A DNA stretch of 63,902 nucleotides, filler included. It is 8 parts of 8 records of this genome, joined end to end, with 100 filler letters (N's around TTAATTAATTAA, not from the genome) between each part and the next. Parts side by side here need not be neighbours in the genome. Positions count along the whole stretch, not along the records: positions 44,826 to 56,148 come from SRR31147125_7341; positions 56,249 to 63,902 come from SRR31147125_7371; 6 more parts are not named here. One strand, given 5' to 3'. Of the stretch, positions 51,287 through 63,793 are shown in pieces. A program made the position numbers and the translations under genes. Position 1 is the stretch's first letter. Each line of letters starts with the position of its first letter. Below the pieces are notes generated by a model. That model saw nothing but the letters and a program-made list of their open reading frames with translations. It had not been told where the DNA came from and ran no database searches.

Positions 51287-52975
51287 ATGAGGCAATATTA
51301 TTTAAATAGTACAAAATATCATTCTTTAACAATAGTTGCTGGAAGCACGGCTCAAAGCGGTGTTATCAGGATAATCAGCAATAATTCCGACCAGTCTTCG
51401 GTAAAATTTGAAAAGTATTATAACAGCCAATTTCAGTGGTATGAAATAATAGAGATTGAAGAAGACGAAAATTATATATTAGAAATTGGAAATATAAAAA
51501 TAACATATATGTATTTATCCGGAAATGATGATGTTCTCGAAAACGGGATATGCTTCCTTGATATTATAGACGGTTCTTTAAGGCAAATAGATATTAGCAA
51601 TATAGGGGATGCTTATACGCAACAATATCGCAATCGATATCATTTTAGCCCCTTTAAAAACTGGATGAATGACCCGAATGGTCTTTGTTACTTTCATAAT
51701 AAATATCATGTATTCTACCAGATGAATCCGGCTGATATAAAGTGGGGTTCCATATATTGGGGTCATGCGGTAAGCGATGATCTTTTACATTGGACGCATT
51801 TACCGATCGCTCTCTATCCGCAACACACACTTTATAGCCGTGATGACCTAAAAGGAGGAGCTTATACCGGGTCGGCAATAGCTGATGACGAGAAAATAAC
51901 GCTATATTTTACGCGTTGTGAAACCCCTTTTGTCAGGGGAAAAATGACAAAAGAATACCATATTGAAGCCTTTTCGGACAATGGGGTGGACATTTATGGC
52001 GAGCGTGTGATTATTACCGACCGGCCAAGGCGTGAATTAGATTTAAATTTTAGAGATCCAAAAGCTATATATATGGAGGGTAATTTGAATCTGTTATTGG
52101 CGGCGACTTATGACGGCGTATGTTCGGTATTGCGATATAAGCAAGATGAAAATGGCGCATGGAGATTCAAGGACATTGTTTTGCAAGATAAGATCGATTG
52201 TAATACCTATGAATGCATAAATTATATTCCTTCGGTGGATAATAGCGAAAGCGCCTTTATATGCGCTACACAAAATGTAAACGATCCTTATAGGCGTACA
52301 AGGCTTACATATTATTATATCGGAGAATTAAAAGACGGGAAATTCAATTATATTGAAAAAAAATTGTATGATTTTGGCACCAGCGCTTATGCTATGCAGA
52401 CCATGGAGCTTGAAGACCGAACTTTAATTTTCGGATGGATAGGCAGCTTTTATGGCGAGTTTAAACCCGAGGGCAGTATTTCAAATGGATGTTTAACTCT
52501 TCCGCGGGAAGTATTTATAAAAGAGGGTAAGCTGCATACCATACCTTCGGTAGAAGTAGAGGATTTAAATGATTATGTTCTTAAGACTTCCAAAAATGAA
52601 AATATTGAGCTTATATTACCTCATTACTGTTATCGTGTTGATATTAATTTTAAAGAGAATACAGACTTTTATATTATATTGGCCGAAAATGAAAATGAAC
52701 ACATTGGCTTGGAATTTAACAGCGGCAGGGTGAGGATATTAAATGGCAAGAAAAACGGATTATCTCATGCAAACTTATTTGAGGATGTGGAATATATTCA
52801 TGATCTAATGATATTTGTTGATTATAGTGTTGTTGAAATTTTCATAAATAGCGGAACAATGGTAGGAACAAAAGATTATTTTATCAACCATCTAAATAAT
52901 AAATTTATTGCATCTTTCAGAGACCCAGCGCAGGTTGTATCTTTTAAGCTTACGATGTTAAAGGCGACGTGGTAA
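51287..52975 (+). CDS. GH32 beta-fructofuranosidase family protein with N-terminal extension
   Basis: WMNDPNG, WGHAVS.DL.HW, FRDP and YEC catalytic motifs, SVVEIF. Confidence 0.9.
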   Translation: MRQYYLNSTKYHSLTIVAGSTAQSGVIRIISNNSDQSSVKFEKYYNSQFQWYEIIEIEEDENYILEIGNIKITYMYLSGNDDVLENGICFLDIIDGSLRQIDISNIGDAYTQQYRNRYHFSPFKNWMNDPNGLCYFHNKYHVFYQMNPADIKWGSIYWGHAVSDDLLHWTHLPIALYPQHTLYSRDDLKGGAYTGSAIADDEKITLYFTRCETPFVRGKMTKEYHIEAFSDNGVDIYGERVIITDRPRRELDLNFRDPKAIYMEGNLNLLLAATYDGVCSVLRYKQDENGAWRFKDIVLQDKIDCNTYECINYIPSVDNSESAFICATQNVNDPYRRTRLTYYYIGELKDGKFNYIEKKLYDFGTSAYAMQTMELEDRTLIFGWIGSFYGEFKPEGSISNGCLTLPREVFIKEGKLHTIPSVEVEDLNDYVLKTSKNENIELILPHYCYRVDINFKENTDFYIILAENENEHIGLEFNSGRVRILNGKKNGLSHANLFEDVEYIHDLMIFVDYSVVEIFINSGTMVGTKDYFINHLNNKFIASFRDPAQVVSFKLTMLKATW

Positions 52976-53027
52976 AGTTTGTCAGGAATAAAACGCCTTG
53001 ACAAATAAATATAAGGAGAAAAAGAAT

Positions 53028-54371
53028 ATGAAAAAGAGACCAATCTTAGGACTTTTGTTATCGGTTATGGCAATGGTTTATCTATTTGCCGGATGCGCAA
53101 CTGAGAATGTAGTCGACGATAGTGAGTCAACCGACCAAACTGATGTTACCACCGATGAAGCCGTTGATAGTGAGGATGAGACGGAAGTGCAAATAATTGA
53201 AATTTGGCGCCCGCAAAACACTGATGCTATAGAAACATGGTGGAATGAACGCATTGCTTCATTCAATGAAACATATGCAGGCCAATATGAAGTTGTACAG
53301 TCAACATTTCCAAAAGGAGGTGCACAGGGCTATGAAGACAAGGTGAACACAACCGTTCTTTCAGATTCGTTGCCAGACGCCATTTTGGTGGACGGTCCGA
53401 ATGTTGCCAGTTATGCTGCGAACGAAATCATTATACCCATTGACGAGTATGTGACTGAGGAAAGTAAAGCGGATATTATGCCATCAATTCTGGCGCAGGG
53501 TACCTATAGCGACCAGTTGTATACCATAGGTCTCTGGGATTCTTCCGTAGCAATTTTTTACAACAAGGATATTCTGGCAGAAGCAGGGATTACTGTGCCT
53601 GAGACGATTGAAGACGCATGGACTTGGGATGAGCTTTATGAAGTAGTGAGCTTACTTAATACCGAAGATCATTTTGGAGCAACGCTGCATTATTCCAGCG
53701 GTGAGCAAATTACTTATCTTTATTCGCCCATGCTGATTCAAATCGGTACCGACCTTATAAGTCCAGATGGTACAACTTCCACCGGCTACTTGAACAGTGA
53801 AGAAACAGTGGAGTTCATGAATTATCTGAAGAAATTCTATGATGACGGAATTGTAAATAGTGCTCCCACATCGACCGAGTTCATGGACGGCAATTCAGCT
53901 TTGTTCCTCAGCGGACCATGGCAGATTGCCACAATGAATAATAATTACCCGGATTTAAATTGGGGAGTAACTTATTATCCAAAGTCAAATGATGAAGTGA
54001 TTGCAACGCCGTGCGGCAGCTGGTCACTGGGAATCACCGATAATGCCGAGGATCCTGCTGCAACTTTCCTGTTTGTCGATTATATGACAAATACGGAAGC
54101 AAACATTTCCGGTTGTACCGCTTCTGGCTATTTACCGTCTAGGTATTCATCAATGGAGTCCCTGCCGGAATATAATGAAGAACCTTACCGTGTATTTACA
54201 GAGCAACTTGTATACGGCGCAACCAGATCGGTAACACCAGTTTACACTGTGCTTTCGCCGAAATTCAGCGGAGCAATTGAGGATGTCATTATGGGTGCGG
54301 ATCCCCAGACTAAGCTTGATGAAGCGGCGGCAATAGTTGATGATGAATATCAAAACAACTATGCGAACTAA
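53028..54371 (+). CDS. Sugar ABC transporter substrate-binding lipoprotein
   Basis: Lipobox FAGC, acidic linker, FYNKD, WTWDE, GPW; RBS AAGGAG. Confidence 0.9.
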   Translation: MKKRPILGLLLSVMAMVYLFAGCATENVVDDSESTDQTDVTTDEAVDSEDETEVQIIEIWRPQNTDAIETWWNERIASFNETYAGQYEVVQSTFPKGGAQGYEDKVNTTVLSDSLPDAILVDGPNVASYAANEIIIPIDEYVTEESKADIMPSILAQGTYSDQLYTIGLWDSSVAIFYNKDILAEAGITVPETIEDAWTWDELYEVVSLLNTEDHFGATLHYSSGEQITYLYSPMLIQIGTDLISPDGTTSTGYLNSEETVEFMNYLKKFYDDGIVNSAPTSTEFMDGNSALFLSGPWQIATMNNNYPDLNWGVTYYPKSNDEVIATPCGSWSLGITDNAEDPAATFLFVDYMTNTEANISGCTASGYLPSRYSSMESLPEYNEEPYRVFTEQLVYGATRSVTPVYTVLSPKFSGAIEDVIMGADPQTKLDEAAAIVDDEYQNNYAN

Positions 54372-54541
54372 TATAGTTATCGAACTTAACCAATAGGACA
54401 TCACATGAAGGGGAAGGTGCCTGAGATTAAAGGTACAACAAAATTGATTTTAGGACCTTTCTTCCTAGTTTAATAAATTTGTATATTATTATACAATAAA
54501 AATCTTAAAAATAATAGCCGAAATAATTTGAGGTACAAAAA

Positions 54542-55444
54542 ATGAACATCAATAACATATCGCAAAGATTAAAGAAGCCAAAGCAAGATAGTTTTATTCC
54601 TTATATGTTTGTTGCACCTGCAGTAATAATTCTTTTAGTATTTTTAATTGTTCCAATATTAATGGCTTTTGGTTATAGCTTGACTTATTTTAATTTGCTT
54701 AGACCCAATAATATAAATTTTATTGGATTAAAAAACTATATAAATTTATTTAGTGATGCCATGTTTTTCAGAGCATTGAAAAATACAGTCTATTATACTG
54801 CTATAATGGTTCCGATTCAATGTGCAGTGGCACTTGGTTTAGCACTTCTGGTAAAAAGCAAATTAAAGGGAATTGCAATTTTTAGAGTTGAATATTTTAG
54901 TCCGCTACTTTTGTCTATGACTGTGGTATCTATTCTATGGACATTTATTTACAATCCAACACCGGGTCAAGGGCTCATTAACTCATTTTTGGCAAAGTTG
55001 GACATAGAAGCTATTCCTTTTTTGCGTAGCGAAGATACTGCGATGAATTCCATAATAGCGATGTCAATATGGCAGGCAGCGGGTTATCAGATGATGATTT
55101 TTTTGGCAGGATTGCAGGGAATACCCGGGGAACTTTATGAGGCTGCATCTATTGATGGAGCGGGTAAATTCAGACAATTTATCAGTGTGACAATTCCGGG
55201 ATTACATAATGTCAGCATATATGTTTTATTACTCACGACCATTTCAGCCATGAAAATGTTTGTACAATCTTTTGTTATGACGAAAGGCGGTCCGAATGAT
55301 TCAACCCGTACCTTGGTTTATTACATTTACGAACAAGGCATACAATACAGAAATGTAGGCTATGCATGTTCGATTACGGTTGTGTACTTTTTCATTGTTG
55401 TTACTATTTCGTTTACTATTAAAAAGTTTATGGATAACAGGTAG
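54542..55444 (+). CDS. Sugar ABC transporter permease (MalF-like)
   Basis: GLKNY, LAGLQGIP.ELYEAASIDGA, TKGGP. Confidence 0.92.
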   Translation: MNINNISQRLKKPKQDSFIPYMFVAPAVIILLVFLIVPILMAFGYSLTYFNLLRPNNINFIGLKNYINLFSDAMFFRALKNTVYYTAIMVPIQCAVALGLALLVKSKLKGIAIFRVEYFSPLLLSMTVVSILWTFIYNPTPGQGLINSFLAKLDIEAIPFLRSEDTAMNSIIAMSIWQAAGYQMMIFLAGLQGIPGELYEAASIDGAGKFRQFISVTIPGLHNVSIYVLLLTTISAMKMFVQSFVMTKGGPNDSTRTLVYYIYEQGIQYRNVGYACSITVVYFFIVVTISFTIKKFMDNR

Positions 55445-55459
55445 GAAAGGAAAAGAATA

Positions 55460-56148
55460 ATGAGGAATAAATTTACGAAGCTCTTGGTTTATGGTATTAA
55501 TATACTAATAGGAACTATTTTCATCTTACCACTTTTATGGATGGTAGTTACATCGTTTAAACCGGAGAGCAGAATTTTTCAGGATATTGGAAATATCAAT
55601 GCCTTTATTCCTGTTGATTTTACCTTTGATAACTATATCAGTGTATTTAACAGAATTCCTATGCTCAGATATATTTGGAACAGTATATTTTATATTTCAA
55701 TCATTCTAATGTGTAGTCTTGTATTTAATTCATTATGCGGATATGCGCTGGCTAAATTCAAATTTAAAGGCAAGAATTTCTTATTGGTATTAATAATAAG
55801 CTTAATGGTTTTCCCGTTTGATAGCATTGTTATACCATTATATATTGTGGTAAGCAAACTTAATTTGGTGGATAGCTATGCAGCATTGATCTTACCCTTT
55901 ACAGTTAAATGTTTTAGTATTTTTATGTTTAGACAATTTTTTCTGGATATTCCCAATGATTTATTAGAAGCTGCAGATATTGACGGGGCATCAAAAATAC
56001 GTACATTTTTTACTATCGTGGTTCCAATCTCCGGGCCGGTTTACGCAACAGTATTTATACTTGATTTTGTAGGGCATTGGTCGGATTTCATTTGGCCATT
56101 GATTGTCTTGATTAAGCCAAATCTTCGGACAGTGCAAATTGGGATCCA
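55460..56148 (+). CDS. Sugar ABC transporter permease (MalG-like), 3' truncated
   Basis: GYALAKFKFKG, RQFFLDIPNDLLEAADIDGA, WSDFIWPL. Confidence 0.92.
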
Positions 56149-56248
56149 NNNNNNNNNNNNNNNNNNNNNNNNNNNNNNNNNNNNNNNNNNNNTTAATTAA
56201 TTAANNNNNNNNNNNNNNNNNNNNNNNNNNNNNNNNNNNNNNNNNNNN
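56149..56248. other. Artificial contig spacer 7
   Basis: N44-TTAATTAATTAA-N44. Confidence 0.98.
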
Positions 56249-59103
56249 ATACTCATTTTTATTTGTTGCAAGATTTAATATCTCCGAATCACTTCTTTTT
56301 CTACTATCAACCAAACTTTGGACTCTAAAGAAATAACTTGCTGTATGCCCATCTTTGTATTGAACTTCAATAAGTGTTTCCCCATACTCATCAGGAATAT
56401 AGCTGAATTCTACAGCTTTACTTTTTGTAGTTATCTCTCCACTTGTTATAAGCTCTGTTTCATAGTTAGTTTTGAAATGTTTCTTAAATTCGTAAATATT
56501 GTCATAATCCCACCACCAATATTGTCTATTATAATAAACTCTGTAGTTTAAGATTTCACCAGATACTGGTTTTCCATCTTTATCAAGCAAGACTGCTTTC
56601 ATTTTCACTGGTTGTCCTAATTTGTAGTCACCATTTTTGACTGGTTTTATTCCTACATACCTGTCATAAAAATCCACTTCAAATGTTTTATTATCAGGTA
56701 CTGGTCTTCCACCTTTTTCCAGCGCTCTGGCATGAACTACTGCTTTAAGTCCAGATGGAACTGCATTTACCTCTGGGATACTCCATTTCGTAGTATAATT
56801 ACCATCAGCATCAGTTTCACCTTTGAATTTAAGACTTTTCAATGAAGTAAATGTCATTGCCGGATTATTGAAACTAAAATCTGAGTATTTTCTAAATGTT
56901 TTTACAAAAGGTATTAACTCTACATCTGCTTCAACTTTATGTCTTTTCGCTGGATTTCCAAAAAGATATTTTACATTTACATTTAGATCTAGTTCTCCAT
57001 TAACAGTTAAAGCTTCTTCTGTTTTATTTTCAATATCAAGTTTTAATTTATATGGTACAACTGTTTCTATTTTTATAGAATGACTAAAAACTCTATCTCC
57101 AGCATATATATCTACACGCCAGTTTCCTGTTATATCACTTAGCGAACTTTTATAAATATAGTTGTAGAAACCATCAACTCCATTTTTATTTACAAACTCA
57201 TCAACTTTTGTATTTTTAGGATTATATAATCTAAATATCACTGGATGTTTAGTGGGAAATGTATTATTTTTATTTCTCAAAATAGCAGATATGTTTATAT
57301 CATCACCTGGTCTGTACACACCACGTTCCGTATAGATAAATGCTCTCATATCAAGCTCATTTGGATTCACTCCACCTGTATTTAGTATTGAATTAGATAA
57401 TTTATCACTTTTTAAATTTAATAAAGATATTTGATTTTTATGTGTTACCTGCACATATTTAACTTTCTTTTTATTAAATTTCTTAAATGTTATTTTTCCT
57501 TGATTATTTGTAGTTCCACTGGCAACTACTCCGTTTTTAGAATTTTTTAGTAATACTTTTGCTCCGGATATTACTGATGTATCCACTACATTTATTGCAT
57601 AAACATTTAATTTATCTGCTTCCTCTTTCGCTATAACTCCTATATTACTTATAACCAAAGGTTTTTCCACTTTACCATTATTATCTATATAGCTTTTTAT
57701 TTTTGAATATGACCATTCACCAGGAAACTCATATGTTAAATCATCTACTCCATAACTTAATTCAACTATATACATACCTTTTTTATTTTTCTTAAATAGT
57801 CCAGCTAAGTCCACTTCTGACTGAAGCCATTTGTTTTTATCTCCGTTAACATTAATCACTTTATCAACTATAACTTTAGCTACTTTTTGAGTGTTAGAAA
57901 TTCTTCTACCTTTATCTCCCGAGTAACTTGTACTGCTTAAAAATTTATTAATATTCTCTCTATATACCATTTTTACTTTTAATTGAAGTTTTTTAACATT
58001 AACAGTTTTAAACCTTATTTTTTCTTCATTTGTTCCGGAATAAAGATACCATCAGTAGAAAACTCAACTTTAGGTTCCACATCCTTTATTTTAATATTTG
58101 AAGTATAATTTTGATCTAAAGAGTAACCATTTCTACTTCTCAAACCTTTTTCAAATTTGATGCTATAGTTTTGACCAGGTCTAAAGTCACCATTTATCAA
58201 CACTTTGTTTCTATTAACTCTAAGTTTTGCAGTTAAAAAAGGTTTTACTTGAATTAGTCCTTTATAATCGCCATTTTTTATTAGATCATCTGAAAACCTG
58301 ATTTCTACTCCTGTTTCTCCATTTGTATTAACTTCATAAACATCTTCAATATAAATTCCGTAATCTCTAGACATCTCATAACTATATCTGGATTTAGAAG
58401 ATAACTTCAGTTTAGAATTATCAATTTCCAAAGTTCCCTTTTTTATATATTTATCTTTTTGGATTATTCTAGATTTAAATTTATATATTTTGTTATCACC
58501 TGTTTCAAATATATCCAGTTTTTCATTACTAAATTTCTCTGAAACTTTATCATCTCTAAATAAAAACTTTATCGATTTTTTTACAGTTTTTAAATCTGTT
58601 TTATAATTAAAATATATCGTTCCTTCAAAAGCATAATCTTTTTTATTTTCCGGATTTTGATATCTGAAACCTGCATCAACTATGCTTATCTCTCTTCCGT
58701 ATACAGAGAAGTCTATATCAACTTTTTTCTTACTAAAATTTGGCTCTCCTGGAAAGAGTGCTTCAAGAGATAGTGCCCCTCTATAGTTCTCTCTCATTTT
58801 CAACTCTTTTTTAGGTTTGAATATCAAAGTATATGAATCTTCCCAATACGCTTCACCTGATATATTAGGTTTAAACCTAAACACTTTGTTTTTAATTTTT
58901 TTATTAAATTTCTTCTCACTTACCTGTTTATCTTTAAACTTCACTACTATTAATTCATCTGGATAAAGTGTTCCAGCTGTTTTTTCTGAAATAATGAAAT
59001 CCTCTCTATAAGCAAACTTATACTCAGCTCTCTCTTCAGCATTTACAAGCATTGACAGAAACATAAAGATAAACACACTATATAAATAAAGTTTTAGTCT
59101 CAT
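56249..59103 (-). CDS. Bacterial alpha-2-macroglobulin (N-terminal MG domains); frameshift near 58030; 3' truncated
   Basis: Signal peptide, F.P.ISG...W...TLIF.P, SNIG, YTERGVYRPGD, YLFGNPA, EKGGRPV, YWWWDY. The shifted frame TNEEKIRFKTVNVKKLQLKVKMVY links ORFs 58015-59127 and 56201-57970. RBS AGGAGG before ATG 59103. Confidence 0.85.
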
Positions 59104-59113
59104 TTGTAGCCTC

Positions 59114-62100
59114 CTATTTCGAACCATTTTTTCTCAAAAGATCTCTCATTTTTCTGAACTTGGCAATATTTATTGCTTTATTTCCTATATTATTTTTATG
59201 ATTTGGATCTGCTCCATTTTTTAATAATTTTTCAGCTGTTTCATAAGCGTTATCTGCTACTGCATACATCAAGGCTGTATCTCCATACTTGTCAGCATAG
59301 TTCATATCAATTCTTTTTTTGCTAAGATAATCTATAAGTTGAGAATTTTTCATTTCAACTGCATACATAAGAAGGCTCTTACCATCTCTGTTTTTATACC
59401 CTATGTTATCACCTGAGTTTATCCAATCTGTTAATTCAGCAAAATCACCTCTACTAAATAACTCCTTCAACTGTTCATTTTTCCTATCTATATCCCATTC
59501 AGTAAAGGTTTTTCTTGCCCAGTTATCTTTAGGAAGTTTAGCAACTACATCTTTTAAATCCATGCCTCTGTTATTCTCTATACTTGTTATTGCTCCGTTA
59601 TTTAATAGATACAGCATCTCTTCCTCTTTGTTATACCTTTCCTTAGCTAGTTTCATTAATGTAGTTCTACCATCCCAATCAACTATATTTATATCTTGTT
59701 CATCAAAGTAATATCTATAATCTTTATAATAGTTAACCCCTTTAGCTCTTATCAGCATATCCAAAGCGCTGTGATAGTTTTCCTCTTTTCTATAATTTTT
59801 ATTATCTGGATTGATTATCTTATCATTCTTAGCTTTTTTATTTATATCTGCACCATACTCTAATAGTAATATGGCAGTTTCGTATTCTGAATTATAAAAA
59901 GCATACATCAATGGTGTCCATCCATCATCATCACCTGGATCTTTCCCTAATTTATACTCTTCATTAGCAAAAATAAACTCTATAAGCTTATTATTTCCAT
60001 AGGTAGATGCATAATGTAATGCACTTGCTCCATAAAGTTTTTCATTTAGTAATGAAGGGTTTTTTTCTACTAAATGCTCATAAAGCTTCCTATTGTTATA
60101 TTGAACACTGTAGAAAAACAGAATCTTAGCATACTCTTTTTTATTCTCTAATAAGTAATCAACTAATAGCAAATTTTCTGATTTTAAAATAAAGTAGTAT
60201 ATACTATCATCCAACTTCACTATTTTATTTTTTACCATGAATTCTAATAAACTTTTTGAGTTTAAGTATGTTAATACATTTAATAACTCTTCCTTATTAA
60301 GTCTATAACCTGATGAAAGTATCTTCTCAAAGATCACGCTATTTTTTTCATCAAAACTTTTACTTACTTTTACTACATCAAATAACGTTAATCCTCTACC
60401 ATCTTTTGCTGCAATTTCAGCTCCCTTTTCAAGCATCAACTCAACTACTTTATATTGTTCTCGCCTATATGCTTCTATTACAGGTACTTCTTTATAAGCA
60501 CTCCGAAGATTAACATCAGCTCCTGATTTTATTAGCAGCTTAGTAATTTCAGTGGCATTATTTTTGATTGCTTCTATCAAACCTACTTTTCCAGATCTAT
60601 ATTTTATATTTGCTTTTGCTCCTTTTTCTATCAGTTTTACAGTTAATTCATAATTATTATTTTTTACTGCATAAGCTAATATATCATTTCCATTATTCTT
60701 GAAGTTACCGTAACTAATTTTATCTAACATCTCTAATAACAAATTTTGATTATCAACTTTTGCAGCATAATCAACTGCACTATTTCCTTCATAATCTTTA
60801 ATATCAAAATTTATATTTTTTTTCATTAAATAGTTAATAATTTCAATATTTTGCTTCTCTATACTTTTCAACAAAATATCTTGACCATAACTATTTAGCG
60901 AAGTGATTTCTGCTCCTTTTTCCATTAATTCAATTACAAAATCTTGATTTTCAAGTTCCATAGCAGATAACAATACTGAATTCCCCTCATTATCAACACT
61001 ATTTATCTCTGCTCCAGCTGATACTAACAGTTTCGAAACTTTTAAGTTTCCTTGTCTCAATGAAACTATTAATGGTGTTTCTCCCGCACTATTTTTTTCA
61101 TTGACTACTTCTTTATTTTTTAGTAATAACTCCGTACATTTATAAGCGTTATTTTTTACTGATAACATAAGTGGTGTATTTCCAGATTTATCTTTTAAAC
61201 TATAATCAAACTTATCATTAATTACTTTTTTAAGCTCATCTGTATTATCAGTTTCACAAATCCATGCAAATAGTTTAAAATAATTCTCATTATCTACTAT
61301 ATTTCCATTTGTAATGTAATAGTCCCACAAGTATAAAATAACATTTTCCTGATTGTACATTAATGCTGCATCTACAAAGTTTTTACCTGAACTATTTTTT
61401 ACATCAGTTTTTATTCCTTTATTTAAAAGTGTTTTTACTAATGATAAATCTCCTTCTGAAGCCGCTGTTATTAAAAATGTGTTTCCGCTTTTATCTTTAT
61501 AATCAATAGATCCTACTTTATCTACTACGGTAGTTAATATATCTTCACCATAAGTACTCAGTGCTCCATAAGCATCTTTATAATTTAGATCACTTACTTT
61601 TACTATTAGTTCTTTTAAAACCTCCGCTCCAGTTTCACTGTCAAAGTTTTTTAAGAATAATTCAATAATGTTTTCATCATTTCTATCTTTTATATCTACA
61701 CTTTTACTATTTTTTGCTATTAATTTAACAGCATCAATGTTTTTAATTTTAATAGCTTTAACTAATGGTGACTCTATATAACTCATCTCTTTATTGAGAT
61801 TAAAGTCATTTTTCATCAAAGCTTGGGCAATCTCATTTTCATTCATATACATTGCAAATATTGTATCTGTTGTTGTATCTTGCTTTATTCCACTTACTTT
61901 TCTTAGATCAAGTATCTTCTGAGCTAGCTCAGTATTTTTAGCTCGCAGTGCATAACTTAGCACTGTATAACCATTCAAATCTTCCATAAAACTAGACTCA
62001 GCATCAAGCTCGACTAATAACTTCTCTATTTGAGTTTGATGATTTCCTTCAACTGCATACATTAGCATTGTTTTATTGTTTTCATCAAGTATCTTCATAT

Positions 62101-63793
62101 CTGTTCCCAGATTAATCAAGTACTCAGTCACTTCTTTATTTTTCTGCATATATGCGTAATGAACAGGCGCATAACCGTCAACTTTTACATTTAATACATC
62201 TTTAAATTTATCACCTATTTTACTTATTATTTCCGAGTCATTTTTTTGAATACAATATACAAAAACTCTACTTTCATCTCTTTATTTTTATCAAATAGTT
62301 TAAGTAATTTTCCTATAAGCTCTCCCTTTGATAATGCAATAAGATCATATGCTGTTTTCCCATCTGTTATTGCACCATTATCAAGTAAAATTTTACTTAA
62401 ATCAATAATTTTATTTTTCTCTTTTTCATTAGCCAGTAATAAAGGTAATACTTTTTTTTGCTCTCTTTTCTCTATCTTGTATCCTTGCTCCAACAAAATT
62501 TTTGTTACTTCATAATTTTTATTTTTTATAGATAAAGATATAATATTTTTACCCATATTTTTATTAAAATAATCTATTATTTTTGCATTCTCAAGCATAA
62601 TTTTTAAAATATCCATATCTCCATTTTTAACTACTGTATAAAATATTGATTCGCCTTCATCATTTGCTTGATGAAGTTTTGCATCTTTTTTAATCAAGCT
62701 AAGAACTGCTTCTTTATTTTGATTTTTTACAGCTATCCATAGCGGGGTTTCTCTAGATTTATTTTTCTCTTCTATATCATAGCCTTTACTTGTTATATAG
62801 TTAATTACCTCTTCATTAGACGATTTTACAGCTTTATGAAGTAGATTATTTCCATCTTTATCTACATCTCCGCTTGTAATTCCTACTTCTGTTAATAGTT
62901 CAGCTGTTTTAAGTGATACTTTATCTATATCATCTATTAATGAAACATAATTTCCTTTTCTTATTACTTTCTCTCCTTTTGAGATAAGGAATCTTATTAC
63001 TTCAGCATTATTTGATTTAATTGCATAATTCAAAGCATTTTTATTTTGTTTATCAATCTTATTTGTTTTAGCTCCATATTTCAAAACTGTTTTTACAAAG
63101 TTAATATCTCCTGATTCTGCCGCAACCATTAATACTGTTTTATTTTTACTATTTTTAAAATCTGCTGTTTGTAGTTTTTCTATAGATTTTTTAGCTAAAT
63201 TATATTCACCGTATTTCGAATATATGAAAAATGTATCTTTATTTAGCCTTACAATAGGTAAAATGTTTATTACGCCATTACCTACAAAGAACATTAACAA
63301 TAAAGCTATCATTCCAGATTTAGAAGGTAATTTATCTTCAAACGGAAAGCTTCTTCCAACTTTCATAAGGTTTCTTTTTAATAAAAAAAGCATCAAACAT
63401 AAAATTAAAAAATCAATGTTGAATAATATCATTTTATTGACTTTTAAATAAGGTCTATATCTATTTGAGTTTTTATTTTTGTATTAATTTTATAAATGTC
63501 TTTTCTTTTGGCGCTGATAATGATGTATAAAAATTATCAATTTTTTCCTTATTTTGTGACACATACTCTATCTTTATAAACTTATTCTGCGATTTTATCA
63601 CTCGCCCAACATTAACATTTCCTCCAGAAGGAATAATTACCTTTACCGCTATTATCAAAGTAAAAACAATCATTAGTCCCAGTATTCCCTGGATTAGTCT
63701 GTCAAATACTCCAGGTTCAAACTCTGCTCCACAACTCTCACATGCTAAATTTTCATTTGCATTTTTTGATTTGCATTTTTTACATTTTTTCAT
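59114..63793 (-). CDS. Large ankyrin-repeat membrane protein with N-terminal zinc ribbon; ORFs 63473-63793, 62227-63432 and 59114-62149 are probably one gene broken at two A tracts
   Basis: CKKC..CESC zinc ribbon, three hydrophobic segments, many G.TPL..A...GADIN repeats. Both inter-ORF gaps are open in the downstream frame (KNKNSNRYRPYLKVNKMIL; KNDSEIISKIGDKFKDVLNVKVDGYAPVHYAYMQK, itself an ankyrin motif). Confidence 0.78.
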
